A stretch of DNA of 64,000 nt from Chrysomallon squamiferum. Lineage: Eukaryota > Animalia > Mollusca. The position numbers and the translations under genes are program-made. Below, piece by piece: positions 14,459-27,991 of this stretch (position 1 is the first letter of the stretch; every line of letters begins with the position of its first letter). The notes beneath the pieces were generated by a model. It was not told the DNA's origin. It made no database searches and saw nothing but the letters and a program-made list of their open reading frames with translations. Location of the stretch: assembly GCA_012295275.1 (NCBI GenBank), contig CM022677.1:23250001-23314000 (forward strand). Direction: 5' to 3'.

Positions 14459-15034
14459 TTTGTTTTGTTGTTGTTGTTTATATTGTTGTTGCTAATACAT
14501 TTCTGAAAGAATTATATATTACAGTTTTCAATAATTATTTTCATAATCTACCAAAATCATTCAACAGAATTATTTTCTGATGAAATAAAACCTGTCTCCA
14601 TTTTATGCATACGACTCAATAATAACTGAAATTCACAGGTTTATCGCAAAGAAAAGAATGTGATCCAAGTTAATTATCTTTTTTTATTTTTTATTTTATT
14701 TTATTATTTTTATTTTTATTTTTTTCAAAAACGAAAAACGAAAGAAAGAATTAAAGAAGAAAAAGATTTCTGTGCTCTTCTAAGAAATAATAAATTTCAG
14801 TATTACATGAAATACATCTGTAATTATTAATAAATCCTTACAAATAACTAAAATATAAGTAAATTTCACATGGCGTCTGCTTGCTCTCGCCATTCGGAAT
14901 GTTACGGCATGCAAATGGTCTGACAGCCGAAACAGAAGGCGATGCGCGGCGATCTGACACGAATACATCAAACAGGATTATTACCGTTTCCCTCGATTAT
15001 TTAATAATAATTTTCATAAACTCAATCAAAGTGT

Positions 15035-15367
15035 ACTCACCACTACATATTTTATGGAAAATAAGAATCCGTATCTTCAAGAATCTCAAATGTACATCTC
15101 CAAGAATTTCCAGGAACACTGGAACCGGCCATTTTAACCTTTTTAGCATAATTTTTGGATGATGCTATTTTCCTGAAATTACTCACAATAGCAAGCTGTT
15201 GCTTATTGTAATCTGTTGAATATAATTCGTTTGCATTTAAAACAGCAGAATTTGAAAACAGAAAACGATTTATACGCATACAGACCTATGATTATTACTT
15301 CTAAAATGTCCTATTTAACAACGAATTAATAAAGCATTTTAAAATTAATAACGTTTTTGTTGTTGCA

Positions 15368-15398
<31 letters not shown>

Positions 15399-15455
15399 TC
15401 TTCTTTTTTGTTGTTGCATAAAGCATTTTAAAATTAATAATGTTTTTGTTGTTGC

Positions 15456-15505
<50 letters not shown>

Positions 15506-15628
15506 CATTTTGGTCTTAGAAATTATAATCTGAATATACCATATACATATATATGTATATGCGAATGTGTTTATAATATATACATGTATATATAAACACG
15601 TGTGTCTGTAAATATCTATACAGACACC

Positions 15629-15677
<49 letters not shown>

Positions 15678-15734
15678 TACCTTCACACACAAACACATGC
15701 AGATATATACAAATGTGTATGTGTGTATTGTGTA

Positions 15735-15769
<35 letters not shown>

Positions 15770-15797
15770 CACAAACTCACTGAAAAATATATATACA

Positions 15798-15841
<44 letters not shown>

Positions 15842-15994
15842 ATATGTATATGATTAGTAAGTTTATTTTATTAGATCGTCATGAAAACCTATTTAACATT
15901 GGCTCTATCTTATCTCTGTATATTTCTTATCCTAGGAGAATGTCACTGCTATAATATTTATTTACGAAAGTGTATACCAAAATATTCATTGTAT

Positions 15995-16091
<97 letters not shown>

Positions 16092-16275
16092 TTTATCAAA
16101 TACTGAATTTTATAAAGTATCTATAAGATTATTTTTCTTTGTCTCGATTTCTGACTTGAATTGGATCGCAGTCAATATGAAGAATATACAGAGGAAGAAA
16201 AAGGATGGCGGCTTACATGAAGTCGCCTTTTGGCAGGTGTAGAACATTATTTAACTAAGTTAATAACTGGTATGC
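15035..16275. promoter_or_regulatory. Divergent promoter region between gene 1 and cyclin H with probable non-coding first exons
   Basis: Minus-strand donor gtg|gtgagt at 15040 with YY1-like AAAATGGCCG (15126-15135). Plus-strand YY1-like AAGGATGGCGGC (16201-16212) with candidate donor ctg|gtatgc near 16270. Acceptor ttctacaag at 16909 just upstream of the cyclin H ATG. Confidence 0.5.
16000..16089. repeat. (GA)n microsatellite
   Basis: Seen directly. Confidence 0.95.
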
Positions 16276-16756
16276 ATTTTTATTGTACTGCAGTTTCTTT
16301 ATTTCTCAGTCTTGTTGATTTATTCTGTATTTTTAAAATGGATTTATTAAAGAGATTAGATTAGACTTGCAATTTTTAAATTATTTTAAATTTTAGAAAA
16401 TGATTTACGTCATTAATGACACATATATAATATATGTGTAGTACAGTAATATTTTGTAGTGTCTTATAGAGTTGTGCTGGTCAGTGTATTAATAATAAAA
16501 TATATAAAAACAACAACAAATTATCACGATATGTCATCACTGAGGTACTGTTGAGCATTGAAAGACATTGATAAATAATTCTTTAAAAAACGTGATTGAA
16601 ATCATTATTACTAAGTAGTATTATTATTTTTTTCCATTCATCATGTATCGTGTGACATGAAATTATAAGGTATAAACTACATGGATAAACTAATACTTCT
16701 CAAATATATTTTTGTAAATAAATAAAGTAAAATTGCCAAATAATAATAACAATAAC

Positions 16757-16794
<38 letters not shown>

Positions 16795-16918
16795 TAATCA
16801 GTGAGACATTCAATCAATCAATTAAACCATAAATAAATAAATAAAAGTAAATAAATAAATATGTTTTTATATAATGTAATCATTATAATGTTATTTTTAT
16901 TTCTACAAGTTCTACATT

Positions 16919-17035
16919 ATGTTTGCTGCAAGTACCCAGAGAAGATTCTGGACATTCCGAGATGAACATGAAGTTGAAAAACAGAGAAAAGAAACAAACG
17001 AGAAATACATCAACAACATGGCTAGCAATATGCCA
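16919..17035 (+). CDS. CCNH: Cyclin H coding exon 1
   Basis: [39 protein letters not shown], donor gtcagt. Confidence 0.9.
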
Positions 17036-20000
17036 GTCAGTTTTAACATCAGTTTTCTTAACTTTCATTTCAGAGACAATTCTTTAACATAAAAGAAGAA
17101 ATCTCTGTGGTAGTTTATCATACTTCATGTCATTGTATCTAACAATTTTCTTTAACTACATCCATTCTCAAGGTTTATAGCAGTTTGTATCAAATAATTT
17201 TTATCTACTCCATTGTTATGTTTTTTTTTGTATTTTCTTTCATAATACTAACTCCTCTTTTATATGAAATAGTTCAAATTGTGAAAATAAATAAATACAA
17301 ATTAATACAATTGAAAAATACACACATGTATTATATAAGTATGTGTAGGTGTATGTTGTCAGTAAAATACATTTACAAAAACTATAATAATTTTAAAATA
17401 GCTTTATGCAAAAATAAAACTCTGATGTTAATTAGGGCATTTCAGAAGGAATAACCATTACAATTTGTTATGTGTGTAAGTGTGTGTGTGTGTTTGTAAA
17501 ACAAATTCAAAACAAATAATATAATAAAAATTAAAAGTTTTCTCAAATGAACACAGCATTTTTAAATAACCTCAAAAGGTTTTGCTAGATTTTAAAAAAC
17601 TATTTTGATTTTATTGTAGGAAGATGAAAAGTATCAACACTTTCTGAGTGCGTCGGAAGAGCTTTCTCTGGGTCGATACTTTGAGTTTATTATCAAAGAA
17701 TTCTGTGCCATCTTCCAACCACCAATGCCAAAATGTGTTTTAGTAAGTCCATTCATTAAATTTATTATTGCTGAAGTATGTATTGTTTTAATGATTTAAT
17801 CATTTACAATTTATACAACAATTGTATAATATATTATAGAATGTTATAGTGGTGTGCTGTTCAATGTATAAAGTAATTAAAGTATATAAAAAAAAAAAAA
17901 ATTGATGAAATATGTTTACCATTGTGGAGTTTGCTGAGGTTTAAAATATTTCAAAAATGTGATTACTTTTCCATTCATCATGTTCTTATAAGATTACCTT
18001 TTATACAGGATAAATATCTGAAATACAAATTATTATAATGTTGTTATTATTTGGTTGTAGCTATGTTTGTCATTATTATTTGGTCATAGCTATGTTTATA
18101 CGTAAAAAGAAATGTTACTGGAAATGCAGACGATTATATTTAGTGTTTCAGTTCATTAAATTGTAGATACTTGTCTTTTATTGCTGTATTAAAAGATTTT
18201 TTTTATATATCAAACAGTAAAATAAATTTCTTACACAAATAAACAAATAAAGAAAACAACAAATAACTTAGCTATTTTGATTACTGTTTCACTTTTCAGG
18301 GTACATCACTGATATTCTTCAAAAGATTTTATCTAAACAATTCAATCATGGATTACCATCCGAGAGATATGATGTGAGTACTTCTACCAGTATCTCCACA
18401 CACTTTAACATTAACTTAGCAATTTTCAATACAAGAGAAAAGAAATTCTACTAATGCTCTGTAAATTTGGCTGGTTGACAACAGTAATCTTTTCTTTTTA
18501 TTTACATGCATGCATTCTTATTTTTTCATTAACTTTATGTATTGTTAAGCAGGTTTCAGAGTTCACTCTAGATTTCTAAAATGTAGGTATCCATGATTTT
18601 AACAGTAATACTTTTTTATATAATACTCTTTATGTCATTTTCTATTTTTCTTTCTCTATTGCAGATGTATTTGAGGATATTTTTACCACCTCATGCTTTT
18701 AAATTCTTTATAAATACAGTGTGTAAAAGAAATTTCAAAATAAGGAATAGACTTTTGATTATAGGTTAGAAAGAAGGAGAATGGTACAGTATGGATGGTT
18801 TATTAATTGATTAAAACAGACTAGACCAATTATCTTTTTTCTTTGACTTACATTTCAGGTTAACATGTTTGTTAATTGTTTTAAAACAGCTTGACAAATT
18901 ATCATTTTTCTCTGACATGCATTTCAGGTTAACATGTTTGTTAATTGTTTTAAAACAGCTTGACAAATTATCATTTTTCTCTGACATGCATTTCAGGTTA
19001 ACATGTGTGTACTTAGCGTGCAAGGTGGAAGAGTTCTATGTTCCTATTGGACAGTTTGTTGGTAACTTGAAGAGCAATCGAGAGAAATTTGCTGATGTAA
19101 TTCTCGGCTTTGAGCTTCTACTCATGCAGAAACTGCATTACCACCTGACAATACACAACCCATTCCGACCAATGGAGGGCCTGCTTATTGATCTGAAGGT
19201 TTTTGTTGTCCCTCATTGAAGAAATTTCCTGCAATAATGTTCTTAAAACTTGTGTCAATAAATGAAATTATAATTTTTTTTTTAAAACCAACATTTCATT
19301 TAGTATAATGTAATCCATAGAAAGGAACTAATTTTTTTATTATTATTTATTCTAATGAATGGAAGTAATTTTATTTCTTTTGAACTTTTGACTGAGTCTT
19401 TGTAAAATCAATTTGTTAATAATAAAACAACAAAAACAACTACAAACATAATAATAATAAAAAGAGGAATATAAAACTCACTCTTTCTTCTTTCATTTTT
19501 CCACTAGTTTTGAAATCTGTTTTCTTGCAGTCTCTCACAGTTAACATGAAACAGTTACAGTTAATGATGTTTTTAATTGGTTTCAGACAAGGGCTAAAAC
19601 AATAGGTGATCCAGAAAAACTGAGGAAGGGCGCTGAAGATTTCATTGACAAATCATTTGGTAGTGATGCACCTTTGATATACGCACCATCACAGGTACTA
19701 AAAATATATTTGCATATTCTCTCATTTTCTGCATGCATTTGTTTTGGGTATTTTTTAATATGAATATTAGTGTGTGTGTTGGTTTATATATATACATTAT
19801 ATATTATGATGGTGGTTATGGGTAGTGTAATTTGTCTTTTTATTAGTATTCTTGTTATGAACAAAAATATTTTATTAATATTTTGTTCTTCTGTTTCTCA
19901 GATTGCTTTGGCTGCCATTTTGTCCAGTGCTGCAAAGGAAGGTGTCAGTTTAGATAGGTTAGTTTTATAAGGAAATGAATGTTCCAGAATAATTTATGTA

Positions 20001-22887
20001 ATATGTAATTGCTTTGTGTAATCTGTTTTGTGTTGTAGTGTTCTACTATGTAGTTATTATGTAGTACTGTATAGTATAGGGTTGTATAATGTAGTGCTGT
20101 GTAATGCTGGTGTAATATGTAAAATTTACTGGTATTGCATAACATGCTGTATTGAGTGTTTCATGGTGTGGGGTCTATGGGTGTTGGGAACTTTGGTCTA
20201 ATGTAGTATAATTTTTTGAAGAGAAGTAGTATATTGTTTAATGTTGTAGTATGTAAATATATTGTTCATTATATTGTGTAGTTTAGGAAAGTGTAGTTTA
20301 GTGTAGTGTTTTCTCATGTGTATTGTGTGTTGTAGTGTAGTACTGTGTAGAGATTTTGCTGTGTAGTATAGTGTTGTGTTAAATAGTCTTGTGCTGTGTA
20401 GTGCAGTGTTAATTAGTGTTATATAATGTTGTATAGTCTAAAATAGTTTTGTTTTCTAAATAAATGGTGCAGCAGAGTAAAAAAAATTCTAATTGTGTTT
20501 ATATCATACAGAATATATGAATGTATTTTGTTTGTAATTTAGAATTTTAAAATTTTGTAGTTATATCTCACAGACATTGATGTCTGGAGGGACAGAAGAG
20601 GACATCAAAAGAACAATGTCCCAGATAAATAGTAAGATATTTATATCTTTTATTTTGTTGTAAAAACCATTTCTATTTTCTTTAGATATCTAAACAGAAC
20701 ATTTGATGTTTTATTAATTTTTATAAATAATATTTTGATGTAAAACCATTGTTTTTTTCTTTAGATAACGATCTTTTGTATTTTATAAATAAATATTTAA
20801 TTCTCTTATAATTATATGATAACTTATAAAGCATTCTTCTTGTTTTCTTTATAAAATAGTTTAGTTGTGCTATATCTCACTAGTTAATCAATCATTTTCT
20901 AAAATTCTCACTCTTTTATATTTCTAATCTAAAGCTTACTTTAACTCTCATTTTTATGTATATCTTTCTAACATTTTAATTTATTTATTTTAGAATTAAT
21001 TCAGATAGTTAAAAATCAACACATTCAGCCTAAAGAGGTAACTCAGCAGATTCAGAGAAAACTGGAAAAATGTAGAAACCAGGAAAACAATCCTGACAGT
21101 GAAGTGTGAGTAACAGCATACACCTGTACTTTATTATTAGAAAAGTTTGCTTCTACATCACAAACAAGAACATGTGTCAACTATGTATTTTGTTTTTTAA
21201 TTATTAGCAGTTATCAAGAAACCATCATATGTTTCTTGCAAAGTATTTTTTTTATATTTTAATTATTTTACTTTATTCTATGCAAAGGTTGGTTTTAGTA
21301 AAATCATCATGAAGTGCAGCCAATTTGTTATATTTAAATGTTTTATCATTATGTAGATCAGTCTAGGTTAATCTAATTATTCTATTTACTGTTGTATGTC
21401 ATTATGTTCATTTAGCAAACACTGGTGTTTTTCTTGTCACAAATGTAAGTAAACCATTTTCTTATATGTGTAAATTAGAAGAATGTAAAATTACATTAAC
21501 AGTTTTTGTTATTCTTACTTATTTTACAGGTACAAAAGAAAAATGGAGGCCATGATGGATGATGATGATGTAATACAAGCTTATGAAGTGCAGATAGGTT
21601 TGTTAATGGAAGTAGAGTAGAAAAATAAACACATTTTCTTTTGTTAATGGAAGTGTAGAAAAATAAAACATTAGAAGAAGATAGGTTTGTTAAAAAGTTA
21701 GAAAAATAAACACATACATTAACATAGGTTTGTTTTAGAGTATTAAACACATTACTTATTTTTTGTTAATGGAGGTAGAAAAAATAAAACATGGAGGCCA
21801 TGATGGATGTTTGTTAATGGATGAAAAAAATAAACAAGTATGAAGTACAGATAGGTTTGTTAAAAAGTAGAGTAAAAAAATAAACACATACTTCTGAAGT
21901 ACAGATAGGTTTGTTAATGGAAAAAGAGTAGAAAAATAAACACATGCTTCTGTATGAAGTGCAGATAGGTTTGTTAATGGAAGTAGAGTAGAAAAATAAA
22001 CACATACTTCTGTATGAAGTACAGATAGGTTTGTTAATGGGGGTAGAGTAGAAAAAAACCCACATACTTCTGTATGAAGTACTGATAGGTTTGTTACTGT
22101 AGGTAGAGTGTAGAAAAATAAACACATACTTCTGTTATGAAGTACAGATAGGTTTGTTAATGGGGTAGAGTAGAAAAAAAACCCACATACTTCTGTAAAA
22201 CTGATAAACACATACTTCTGTATGAAGTACAGATAGGTTTGTTAATGGGGGTAGAGTAGAAAAAAACCCACATACTTCTGTATGAAGTACTGATAGGTTT
22301 GTTACTGTAGGTAGAATGTAGAAAAATAAACACATACTTCTGTATGAAGTACAGATAGGTTTGTTAATGGGGGTAGAGTGTAGAAAAATAAACATACTTC
22401 TGTATGAAGTACTGATAGGTTTGTTACTGTAGGTAGAGTGTAGAAAAATAAACATACTCCTGTATGAAGTGCTGATAGGTTTGTTAATGGAGGTATTTAA
22501 ACACATACTTGATCCTAGATGAGGATTTTGTTAATGGAGGTAAAAAAATAAACTCATATTTCTGTATGAAGTGCAGATCCTAGATAGGTTAATGTAAATG
22601 GAGTAGAAAAAATTCAGTTACTAAATATTTTGTTATAGAAAGTTCTTGTTCCTATGTTTTTTCTGTTTCTATTTCATTATCTGTTGTGTTTTGCTATTAG
22701 TTATTGTTATGCTTTTAAAATAAAAAGCACACATCTTAAAAATGTAAAATTAGAATTTGTAAAAGAAACTCTTCAAATATATTAATGCATTTCTCTTAAA
22801 CTAATAATAATATGAAAAATATTTTAATTTATTTTATTTCATTATTTACAGGATCGCAGAAAAGAAGAACAAGAATTAATATCCTAG
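16919..22887 (+). CDS. CCNH: Cyclin H (CAK/TFIIH cyclin), 10 coding exons
   Basis: Spliced product [13 protein letters not shown]...[32 protein letters not shown]...[30 protein letters not shown]...[11 protein letters not shown]...[20 protein letters not shown], which carries diagnostic cyclin H motifs. Confidence 0.96.
17620..17742 (+). CDS. CCNH: Cyclin H exon 2
   Basis: ttgtag|[41 protein letters not shown]|gtaagt. Confidence 0.92.
18300..18373 (+). CDS. CCNH: Cyclin H exon 3
   Basis: tttcag|[24 protein letters not shown]|gtgagt. Confidence 0.95.
18820..19006 (+). repeat. 69-bp triplication spanning the cyclin H exon 4 splice acceptor
   Basis: catttcag|GTTAACATGT occurs with AG ending at 18858, 18927 and 18996. 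Confidence 0.92.
18997..19198 (+). CDS. CCNH: Cyclin H exon 4
   Basis: [21 protein letters not shown]...[15 protein letters not shown]; its acceptor is the third of three tandem copies. Confidence 0.95.
19587..19694 (+). CDS. CCNH: Cyclin H exon 5
   Basis: tttcag|[36 protein letters not shown]|gtacta. Confidence 0.92.
19902..19957 (+). CDS. CCNH: Cyclin H exon 6
   Basis: tctcag|[18 protein letters not shown]|gttagt. Confidence 0.92.
20561..20631 (+). CDS. CCNH: Cyclin H exon 7
   Basis: ttgtag|[23 protein letters not shown]|gtaaga; phases 2 and 1 fit the neighbours. Confidence 0.88.
20994..21105 (+). CDS. CCNH: Cyclin H exon 8
   Basis: ttttag|[36 protein letters not shown]|gtgagt. Confidence 0.9.
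21530..21611 (+). CDS. CCNH: Cyclin H exon 9 (3' boundary uncertain)
   Basis: ttacag|[17 protein letters not shown]...; the donor could follow 21597 (gtttgt) or 21611 (gtagag), and an unspliced read stops at 21620. Confidence 0.7.
21582..22612 (+). repeat. About 60-bp minisatellite derived from the end of cyclin H exon 9 and the start of its intron
   Basis: Unit tatgaagtacagataggtttgttaatggaagtagagtagaaaaataaacacatacttctg; the first unit overlaps coding sequence. Confidence 0.93.
22852..22887 (+). CDS. CCNH: Cyclin H terminal exon ([11 protein letters not shown] if entered in phase 0)
   Basis: Acceptor atttacag at 22851; AATAAA signals near 23287 and 23334. The frame depends on which exon 9 donor is used. 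Confidence 0.6.
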   Translation, partial: DRRKEEQELIS

Positions 22888-24645
22888 CATCCAATGTGAA
22901 AAAGAAAAATGGACAGGAAACCTAAACTGACATCTTGTTAATTTGCTTCAATTGTAAAAGATCAGAGTTATTTCCCTTTGACCACAACCTCTTGTGAAAT
23001 AACAGTATCTGTGCTCACCAAATATTAAGAGAATTCAATAATAACTAAAAGGAAGAGGAAATTAATGATTCTGGAAATGTTTCATTATAAATATTTTGCT
23101 AAAAAAGGGAAAGACATAACTGAACTGATGTATGAGACCAGTGAGAAAGTGAAAAAAAAAGACAATGGTAATAAAAAAAAGAATATAAAAGGTAATAATA
23201 ATCGAAAGAATATGACATTATTATGAATAGTCTAAGACTTTTTTTTTTTTCATGGAAAGAACATAGAATACCAATCATTTATTATAAATAAAAGTTAATT
23301 TTGTTACCATTTTTTGTTTTTTTTTTTAATAATAATAAAAAATTTATCCTCAATACCTGCATAAATTTCCAGTGTCAACTTCATCTTGTATTCATTTGTG
23401 TTAGTTTTTCATTTTTCTGGGTCCTCAGTGATATGAGGCATTGAAAACAAAACTGATTCTATGAGCAGTAAATTCTGCTCTCATGCAAGCACAATTTCTT
23501 ATCGCAAAACAGTTACAAAGATGCTGTCAACATCTTGTGAATTACATAGAACTGTAAACGTCCTTAGTAACCAATAATGACGTCATCACATACACACGAA
23601 AACAATAACCATAATACGTTGCGTTTATGACGTTTGTCTTTTAAAAGTGTGTATGTGTTATACAGATACATACATGATACGTACAGCCCTAGGTAAGTTA
23701 TTTTGTAATTAATTTGATCCTGTTTGTGTTTTCTTCCACTCAGTGTCTCTTTCTTGATAAGAGTGACCCACGCGAACACATACGCAGACGCAGATATTTG
23801 TAGATACTGGAATCTAAATGCTCATTTTTAAGAAAATACTTTCATTATCTGTAACTAAAAGATTGTGATAACATTTTTACGTGCTGACAGATAACAGCCA
23901 CGCTGTGTTTGGAACGACAGATAACATGCGACAGTTCAGTCTGACCTTACTGGGTTTTTAAATAAGAAAAAAGTTTAAGGAAGACGGTTACGAAATATCA
24001 GTTCACGAACACACAAACATACACACACAAATATATAAACACTTAATCGGTAAGCGGAGTGGGGCAACTAAAAAACAACAAAAAAAAGAATTAGGGCAAG
24101 GGGTCTGGACGCCCTCCCAAAGCTCCGAATTGATAGATACAAAATACTCGAGTCTAGCCATTTGTATTTTATTTAAATTTTTGCACACACACACACACAC
24201 CGTGCGAGAGAGAGGGAGAGAGAATTTTTAAGAAATCGCTATTTCTAAGTATACATAAATTAATCATTAACATATCAACAACAATAAATAAATAAAATAT
24301 TATAGAATAAAATTATATAAACTACTACTACTACTACTAATAATAATAATTTCTTTTCTTCATTTACACAGTGGATCTTGGGTTTTATTTATTTAAAATA
24401 ATTTACCTAAACAGAAAGCTTATAAAACAGATCGAATGTCCTGTTGGTCAGAAAGGCAAACCCTCTTAGTCCTAAAGAGGGCTTTATCCCGTTCTAGGCA
24501 CAGATGCATAATTTTATGACTGCAGCTAATTGGAGATATCAAAAATATTTAAACGAAGAAAGGATGCGGGCTTATTATAATCTTTGTTAAACCATTATTC
24601 TTTCAGCTATTCGTTTATCCCAAGAAAAAATAATAAAATAAATAA

Positions 24646-24681
<36 letters not shown>

Positions 24682-24684
24682 TAA

Positions 24685-24729
<45 letters not shown>

Positions 24730-25524
24730 ATTAAGAAAATATATTAAAAATGGCTTAAATCAGATCCGCCATTAAATTTTTCACCACTATCCTTGTTTGT
24801 AAATATTAATTTTCTCTGTCAGAATTTGGCATTAATCTAGGTTAATCTTGTTATTCTATTTACGTCGATAAATAAACCAACCTTGTTATTGCATTATGTT
24901 CATTTATACTACTTACGTCTGAAATTACTATTACGACTGTTTCTATTACGTAAACACAACAATGCAGTTACTATTAACGCAACTGCAGTTTCTGTTCTTT
25001 CAACTGCTACTATTACATCTTACAACTGCTGCTGTTATTTCTACTTCTTCTTATACAACGGCTACTGTTACTTCTACTACTTCTATTACAACGGCTACTA
25101 TTACTTCTATTATGTCTACTACAACTGATGTTGTTATTACTATACTTTAATTACAAATGTTAATCCAATATTTTTTACAGCAGATGGAATTATTCCTTCT
25201 GCTAATACATCGTCTACTATTTCTACAACGACTACAGTAACATCGTCCACTATTTCTACAACGACTACTACTATTGGTTCCATAACTTCTATTATTATTC
25301 AAATACTGCAACTGAATGGTTACTAACAAACGATCGTAATTCTGTAATTATTAGGATTTAATAGGAGGTTTTTTTTAACAACAACAACAATAAGCTACGG
25401 TTATCCTTTTTAATATTAATTATATCGGTTTTATTTTTAAATGTTAATCCCATAGATTCTGATGTATCAAGTTATACGTGTTTCTCGATCAATAATACTG
25501 ACAGTTCTCCAAAAAGATGTGCTG

Positions 25525-25551
25525 TGACCTACATTTTTATTAACTAGGTCA
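25525..25551. promoter_or_regulatory. Back-to-back pair of consensus ROREs
   Basis: Minus AATGTAGGTCA (25525-25535) and plus TAACTAGGTCA (25541-25551); both match WAWNTRGGTCA. Confidence 0.6.
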
Positions 25552-27470
25552 CTAAGTATCGATTTGTGCCTGGCTTTTTCGCGCCAAGAACAAAAGATCG
25601 ATTAATATCTGCAAGGAATGTACCTATTAATAATTCGATAAGTAGCAGACGATAGTTCGCAGAATTAAGAAAGCCGTTCAAGGATAAGAAAAAAAGGAAA
25701 TGGAAAAGATTCGTCCTTTCTTTCTTTGATTATTTATTATTTTTATTCAGTTAATTAATTAATTAATTAATTTTCTTTTCAATAATAAATAAATAAATAA
25801 ATAAATAAATAAATCTAAATAATGTAATAAATTAATGAACTGTATTTATTATAAAATCATAGTATGCAACTGACCTAATCAGTAAATTATTCAGTCTATC
25901 AATCAACCAACTGATTGATCAGTCAGTCAGTAGATCAGTAACTAACTCACTCATGCAAACATATAACAATCAATCAATCAGTCGGTGACTCAGAAAGTAA
26001 TTTTGATATATAGTGAATTAAACAATAACTTCAAACAAAATAAAAAAAAAGATCATGTAAAACTGAACAGAAAGAATTATTTTTATTTTTTTTTTTTTTT
26101 TCCATAATTTTCTTTCGGTGTGCCACACTAAAATTATCCATGCATGCATTGTCAAGGCTACAGTTTATTTATTTACTTATTTAAATTATTCATCTTGAAG
26201 GAACAATGCGCGTCCCTGAGACAAGATAATCGACGCGACCGTATTTGTTATTATTCTGTTGATAATGTGAACGAAACCATTGTTGAGACGAGCATTGTGA
26301 TTGGTTGATGCAGTTTCGTAGATAATTCAATATGGCAGATGACAATCTGTGTATATACTGTCATCATGTGAATGTATTTATTTATAATTAAACTAATAAT
26401 TATTAAAGTCAATAAAAGAAATAAATAAATAAAAAATAATAATAATAAATAAAATAAAATAAAAGAACAACAAAACAGCATCAAATAAAACAAAATTAAT
26501 AATGTTATTATTAACAACAACAACAACAACAACAACAATAATAAAAATAAAATAAAATGAGAGCGTAAACCACACATGCTAAATGTGCACAGAGACGCTT
26601 GCAGTAATATACACTATAATTATACATCCTAATTGTATGCACATACATCTATGCGCATACACCTATACACATATATACACATACAAAGACAAACACACAC
26701 CATGCACATAACTTACAAATATAGAAACACACACATACATCCCCCAAATGTATTGCAGTATCGCTGAAAGATACGAAAAATGTTTGAAAATCATTTATTT
26801 ATTTTAATACATTAATATAAGATTTTAATGTTATTATCTCTTTATATTATTGGTTTACTGGTGAAAGATAAATGATAACTTTATTTTTATTTCTTTAATC
26901 GTAACGCTCAAAACTTTGTATGCAACATTGTTTATATTCCCTCTGGTTTTCTCTTCTTAAACTTAACTTTATTTATTTCTGTAATCAAACCCTTATTCGA
27001 GCCTCTTTTTCCATCAAGACAGTTAATATTTACATTGTCGAAATTAAATGTAAACACGGACTTGTTTTGGCAAACTCGTGTCCACATACCCCGGCTTTTG
27101 AATGGGTGTACAGGTTACTTAGCAACGCTTGCAAGAGCGAAAAATTTCAGGTGACTCGGGTTACATTTCTGCTTAAATAGCAAGCAGACGTGAAAATGTT
27201 TTATAAACTTCACATTCCATTTTCTATTTATTTCTTTTTTCTTTTTTTTTTTTTTTTTTTAAATAATTTTTTATTTAGCTGTTGTTATTTTTGCATTTTA
27301 TTATTTTTTTCTTTGAACATTAATGGTCTCTTATCATTTATAATAATTTAACTTGACAAACTTTGTAATAATGAAAAAGAAAGAAACAAAAGCAATGTAT
27401 TAAAAATGAAAAGGTGAATAATGTAAAGAAAAAGAAAGATATATTGCTTTATATTTAAACTGCGCTAAAA

Positions 27471-27526
<56 letters not shown>

Positions 27527-27958
27527 TCTGTGTGTGTGTGTGGTCCATTTTCAAATCGTATTTTCCATTCCAGACTTAAGAAAAAAGTGAAAAGTAAATA
27601 AATATAAAAATAACGTCCTAAAAAAAAAAAAAAAAAAAAAAAAACAAGAAGACATATAACAAGAAAGAAGGAACAAAAAACAACAAAAACAACATAGAGA
27701 AAAAATAAAATATTCTTTTATGACATTTATGGATGTCCATGTTATAAATGTAAAATGAAAAAAAAAAAAAAAAAAACAAAAAAAATTAAATAGTAAAAAA
27801 ATAAAATGAAAAAAAAAAAAAAAAAAAAAAAAAATTGAATTTTGGGATTGTTCATCAAGTATTCTGCAGATTAACAAATAGTTCACTTTTATGAACAACA
27901 TTTGAATAAAATATTATGATAAATATAGCGAATGTCTTAAATGTTAGTCTTATATCAG

Positions 27959-27991
<33 letters not shown>

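Noticed and set aside
21756-22506. Minus-strand ORFs of 103-151 aa
   Set aside because: Products of the 60-bp tandem array.
24045-24130. GC-rich patch resembling a MITE end
   Set aside because: No matching terminal inverted repeat found; too degraded to call.
24883-25329. Thr/Tyr-rich ORFs resembling a mucin
   Set aside because: Degenerate (ACT/TAC)n simple repeat without exon boundaries.
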